The notes beneath the pieces were generated by a model. That model was given only the letters and a program-made list of their open reading frames with translations, searched no databases and was not told where the DNA came from. A DNA stretch of 64,000 nucleotides from the NCBI GenBank assembly GCA_964415865.1, contig CAYQBY010000005.1, forward strand, positions 723 to 64,722. Direction: 5' to 3'. Numbering within the stretch: the first letter of the stretch is position 1; each line of letters begins with the position of its first letter. This stretch comes from an uncultured Piscirickettsiaceae bacterium (GTDB lineage: Bacteria > Pseudomonadota > Gammaproteobacteria > GCF-002020875). This document shows, piece after piece, positions 60,731-64,000 of the stretch. A program made the translations under genes and the position numbers.

Positions 60731-61642
60731 TTGATGAGTTATCAAAGAACATTAAAGGCCAAGGTTCACTCAACTGGAATTGGCCTGCACTCAGGAAAGA
60801 AGGTTCATCTGACGCTTCGCCCTGCACCGGCAAATACCGGTATTGTGTTTCGCAGAACCGACCTGAGTGGAACCCCTCAGGTTTCTGCATGTCCGTCGTG
60901 TGTTGGGGATACAAAGCTATCAACAACCCTGATGAAGGACGGGGCTACAATCTCCACAGTTGAACATCTTATGTCCGCTTTTGCAGGACTGGGTGTTGAT
61001 AATGCCTATGTTGATCTTGATGCATCAGAGATTCCCATTATGGACGGTAGTGCTAGTACTTTTGTGTTCATGTTAAAGAGTGCTGGGCTGGAAGAGCAGG
61101 GCATTGCCAAGCGTTATCTCAGGATTAAAAAGAGTATAGAGGTTCGGGAAGGAGATAAATGGGCTCGCCTTGATCCTTATGATGGTTTTAGGCTCTCTTT
61201 TGGAATTGATTTTGAGCATCCTGTATTCAGTGAAGATTTACAGAATCGTGAGGTTGAATTTTCCTCTCTTCGTTACGAGAAGGATATAAGTCGCGCTCGT
61301 ACCTTTGGTTTTATCAGAGATGTAGAGGCATTACGGATGCAGGGGTTGGCACTGGGCGCCAGTCTGGAGAATGCAGTAGGTCTGGATGAATTCAGAGTTC
61401 TAAATGAGGATGGTCTCCGTTTCAAGGATGAGTTTGTTCGACATAAAATTCTGGACGCGGTGGGTGATCTGTATCTTTTGGGAAACCCTGTGCTTGGCGC
61501 ATATCATGGCTACAAGTCTGGGCATGACCTTAATAATAAACTTACCAGAAAAATTCTTGCCACCGAGAGTGCGTGGGAATATGTAACCTTTGAGGAGAGT
61601 GGAGCAAAATCCCCAATCTCCTTTGTGCCACTTACGGCATAA
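60731..61642 (+). CDS. lpxC: UDP-3-O-acyl-GlcNAc deacetylase
   Basis: QRTLKAKVHSTGIGLHSGKKVHLTLRPAPANTGIVFRRTDL is near-colinear with E. coli LpxC. 303 aa. Confidence 0.9.
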   Translation: MMSYQRTLKAKVHSTGIGLHSGKKVHLTLRPAPANTGIVFRRTDLSGTPQVSACPSCVGDTKLSTTLMKDGATISTVEHLMSAFAGLGVDNAYVDLDASEIPIMDGSASTFVFMLKSAGLEEQGIAKRYLRIKKSIEVREGDKWARLDPYDGFRLSFGIDFEHPVFSEDLQNREVEFSSLRYEKDISRARTFGFIRDVEALRMQGLALGASLENAVGLDEFRVLNEDGLRFKDEFVRHKILDAVGDLYLLGNPVLGAYHGYKSGHDLNNKLTRKILATESAWEYVTFEESGAKSPISFVPLTA

Positions 61643-61824
61643 ATCTTTCAGCGTAACTGTTACCCAAGCTACTGTCACCAGACAGATATCCTGTTTTGGT
61701 GCAGTTTTTGTTGGAGTTCAACAGCGCATCCTTTATGATTCCCCTTTCATAATCAATACGGTATAACTGAGGGATCAGTGGGGCATCCAAATTGTCCTGT
61801 GAACTACCAGATTGTCAGGATATA

Positions 61825-64000
61825 GCACCAGGCCATGATAAAAAAAGTATTTAAAAAGGTTTTCGGAAGCAAGAACGAGCGCACGATTCGCAAAATGCGA
61901 AAAACGGTTGAGCAGATCAATGCGCTGGAGGATGAATTCCATCTGTTAAGTGATGAAAAGCTGCTGGGAAAAACAGCCGAGTTCCGCTCTCGAGTTGAGA
62001 GTGGAACCTCACTTGATGAGTTGCTGCCAGAGGCTTTTGCAACAGTCCGTGAGGCCTCGCAACGAGTCTTTCAGATGCGCCACTATGATGAGCAGTTGAT
62101 TGGCGGCATGGTATTGCATCAGGGAAAAATTGCCGAGATGCGTACTGGTGAGGGCAAGACCCTTATGGCAACACTGGCGGTGTATCTCAATGCGTTGTCA
62201 GGAAAAGGTGTTCATGTTGTGACTGTAAATGACTATCTGGCTAGTCGTGATGCTGCCTGGATGGGGCAACTCTACAATTTTTTGGGGATGAGTGTTGGTG
62301 TGGTTATTCCAGCGCTGGAGCATGAACAGCGCAAGAAGGCCTATGCGGCTGATATCACCTATGGCACCAACAATGAGTTTGGATTCGATTATCTGCGTGA
62401 CAATATGTCATTCTCTGCCTCCGAGCGTGTTCAGATGGGGCGTAATTTTGCGGTTGTTGATGAGGTTGACTCCATTCTGATCGATGAGGCTCGTACCCCA
62501 CTTATTATATCCGGGCCTACTGACGATAACTCTGAACTCTATAAATCCATGAACAGCCTGCCTGCCAAGTTGACCAGGCAGCATGAAGAGGTCGATGAAG
62601 AGGGTAGTGAGACCGGAGACTACACAGTTGATGAAAAACAGCGCCAGGTTCTGTTGACCGAGATTGGACATGAGCATGTCGAGGAGCTGTTGGTAGAGGC
62701 CGGGGTGCTGGGTGAGGGTGAGAGTCTCTATGATCCACAGAACATTACGCTGGTACACCATCTATATGCAGCCCTGCGAGCCCATGTTCTGTTCGTGAAA
62801 AATGATCATTACATAGTTCAGGATGGCCAGGTTGTGATTGTTGATGAATTTACTGGCCGTACCATGCCGGGACGGCGTTGGGGAGATGGATTACATCAGG
62901 CTGTTGAGGCCAAAGAGGGTCTGGAGATCCAGAATGAGAACCAGACCATGGCCTCCATCACCTTCCAGAACTACTTCAGGATGTATGAAAAGCTCTCTGG
63001 CATGACTGGAACGGCAGATACCGAGGCCTATGAATTCCAGCAAATTTACAGTCTTGAGGTGGTGGTAATTCCAACTCACCGTCCAATGGTTCGTGATGAT
63101 CGTGCAGATCTTGTCTATCTAACGGCTGAGGAAAAATTTAGTGCAATCATTGATGATGTTCGTGAGTGTATGGCAAAAGAGCAGCCGGTACTGGTTGGTA
63201 CTGCCTCGATAGAAAACTCTGAGCTTATCTCTGGATTGTTGAAAAAAGAGGACATCTCCCATGAGGTGCTTAATGCAAAGCAGCATGAGCGAGAGGCACA
63301 TATTGTCGAGAATGCAGGGATGCCTGGTGCCGTTACCATTGCCACCAACATGGCAGGTCGTGGAACCGATATTGTCCTTGGAGGAAATCTGGAAGCAGAA
63401 TTGAAAGCGCTGGGAGCGTCATCAGACTCAGAGCTAGAGAGCGCTCGTAAAAGCTGGCAGCAGCGTCATCAACAGGTTCTGGATGCTGGAGGGTTACATA
63501 TTATTGGAACTGAGCGCCATGAATCCCGCCGTATTGATAATCAGTTGAGAGGACGTTCAGGGCGACAGGGGGATGCAGGCTCAAGCCGTTTCTACCTCTC
63601 TCTGGAAGACTCACTGATGAGAATTTTTGCCTCGGAACGGCTTGCGGGGATGATGCAGAAATTGGGTATGGAGAAGGGTGAGGCAATTGAGCACCCATGG
63701 GTCAATAAGGCAATTGAGAATGCTCAGCGCAAGGTTGAAGGACACAATTTTGATATTCGTAAACAGCTGCTGGAATATGATGATGTGGCCAATGATCAAC
63801 GTCAGGTAATTTATGAGCAACGTAATGATCTAATGGATGTAGAGGATATATCCGAAACCATCGCTGCTATTCGTAACGATGTGGTCAACCAGATGATGGA
63901 CCATTTTGTGCCTCCACAAAGCATGGAGGAGCAGTGGGATATTCCTGGTCTTGAGGAGGCGTTGAAGCAGGAGTTCAACTTTGAGTTCAATATTGCACAG
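61825..64000 (+). CDS. secA: Preprotein translocase ATPase SecA (5' portion; the gene continues past the window end)
   Basis: [23 protein letters not shown]... gives the canonical SecA N-terminus. Walker [10 protein letters not shown]. No stop within the window. Confidence 0.9.

Noticed and set aside
61643-61824. Absence of secM upstream of secA
   Set aside because: secM is restricted to Enterobacterales and close relatives, so its absence here is expected and not noteworthy.
1-64000. CRISPR arrays, IS elements, integrases, tRNA genes and prophage remnants
   Set aside because: No spaced direct-repeat arrays, transposase- or integrase-like ORFs, or tRNA-like cloverleaf signatures were seen. 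The intergenic regions are short and accounted for by promoters and terminators.

Overview
This window is a gammaproteobacterial-type chromosomal segment dominated by housekeeping genes, with no obvious mobile elements, CRISPR arrays or defence islands. All calls below were made by eye from the translations and sequence, without database searches.

Gene content, left to right:
- 3' end of rnt, then argA, an MBL-fold hydrolase, degP/degQ and cbpA.
- Class II ribonucleotide reductase split into nrdJa and nrdJb, preceded by two NrdR-box-like palindromes.
- An MlaC-like protein, pyrE, ampG, a fused aldolase/SDR, a DUF4426 protein, metW-metX, yggT-proC, an IscA-like protein, hemJ, a HAD hydrolase, rppH and pyrC.
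- aceE-aceF-lpd, where Lpd carries an N-terminal lipoyl domain.
- argG, pgpA, a convergent rof-argF-argD unit, a HemJ-like membrane protein, a hydantoinase-B/AsnB-family gene pair, petABC, sspAB, a GlcD-like oxidase, dolP, yraN, rsmI and RNase P RNA (rnpB).
- A complete dcw cluster, followed by lpxC and the 5' part of secA.

The most unusual point is that ftsZ is not between ftsA and lpxC. It sits at the head of the dcw cluster, directly upstream of mraZ. It lies behind a sigma70-like promoter overlapped by four GTGG direct repeats at exact 10-bp spacing, which look like MraZ boxes. The ftsA-lpxC gap is only about 150 bp and holds a near-consensus promoter for lpxC.

Other points worth a second look:
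- A perfect 22-bp inverted repeat that engulfs the pgpA start codon.
- A Rof (Rho antiterminator) gene translationally coupled to argD-argF.
- An orphan HyuB-like gene tightly followed by an AsnB-family amidotransferase.
- An IscA-like protein with an atypical C-terminal cysteine motif.
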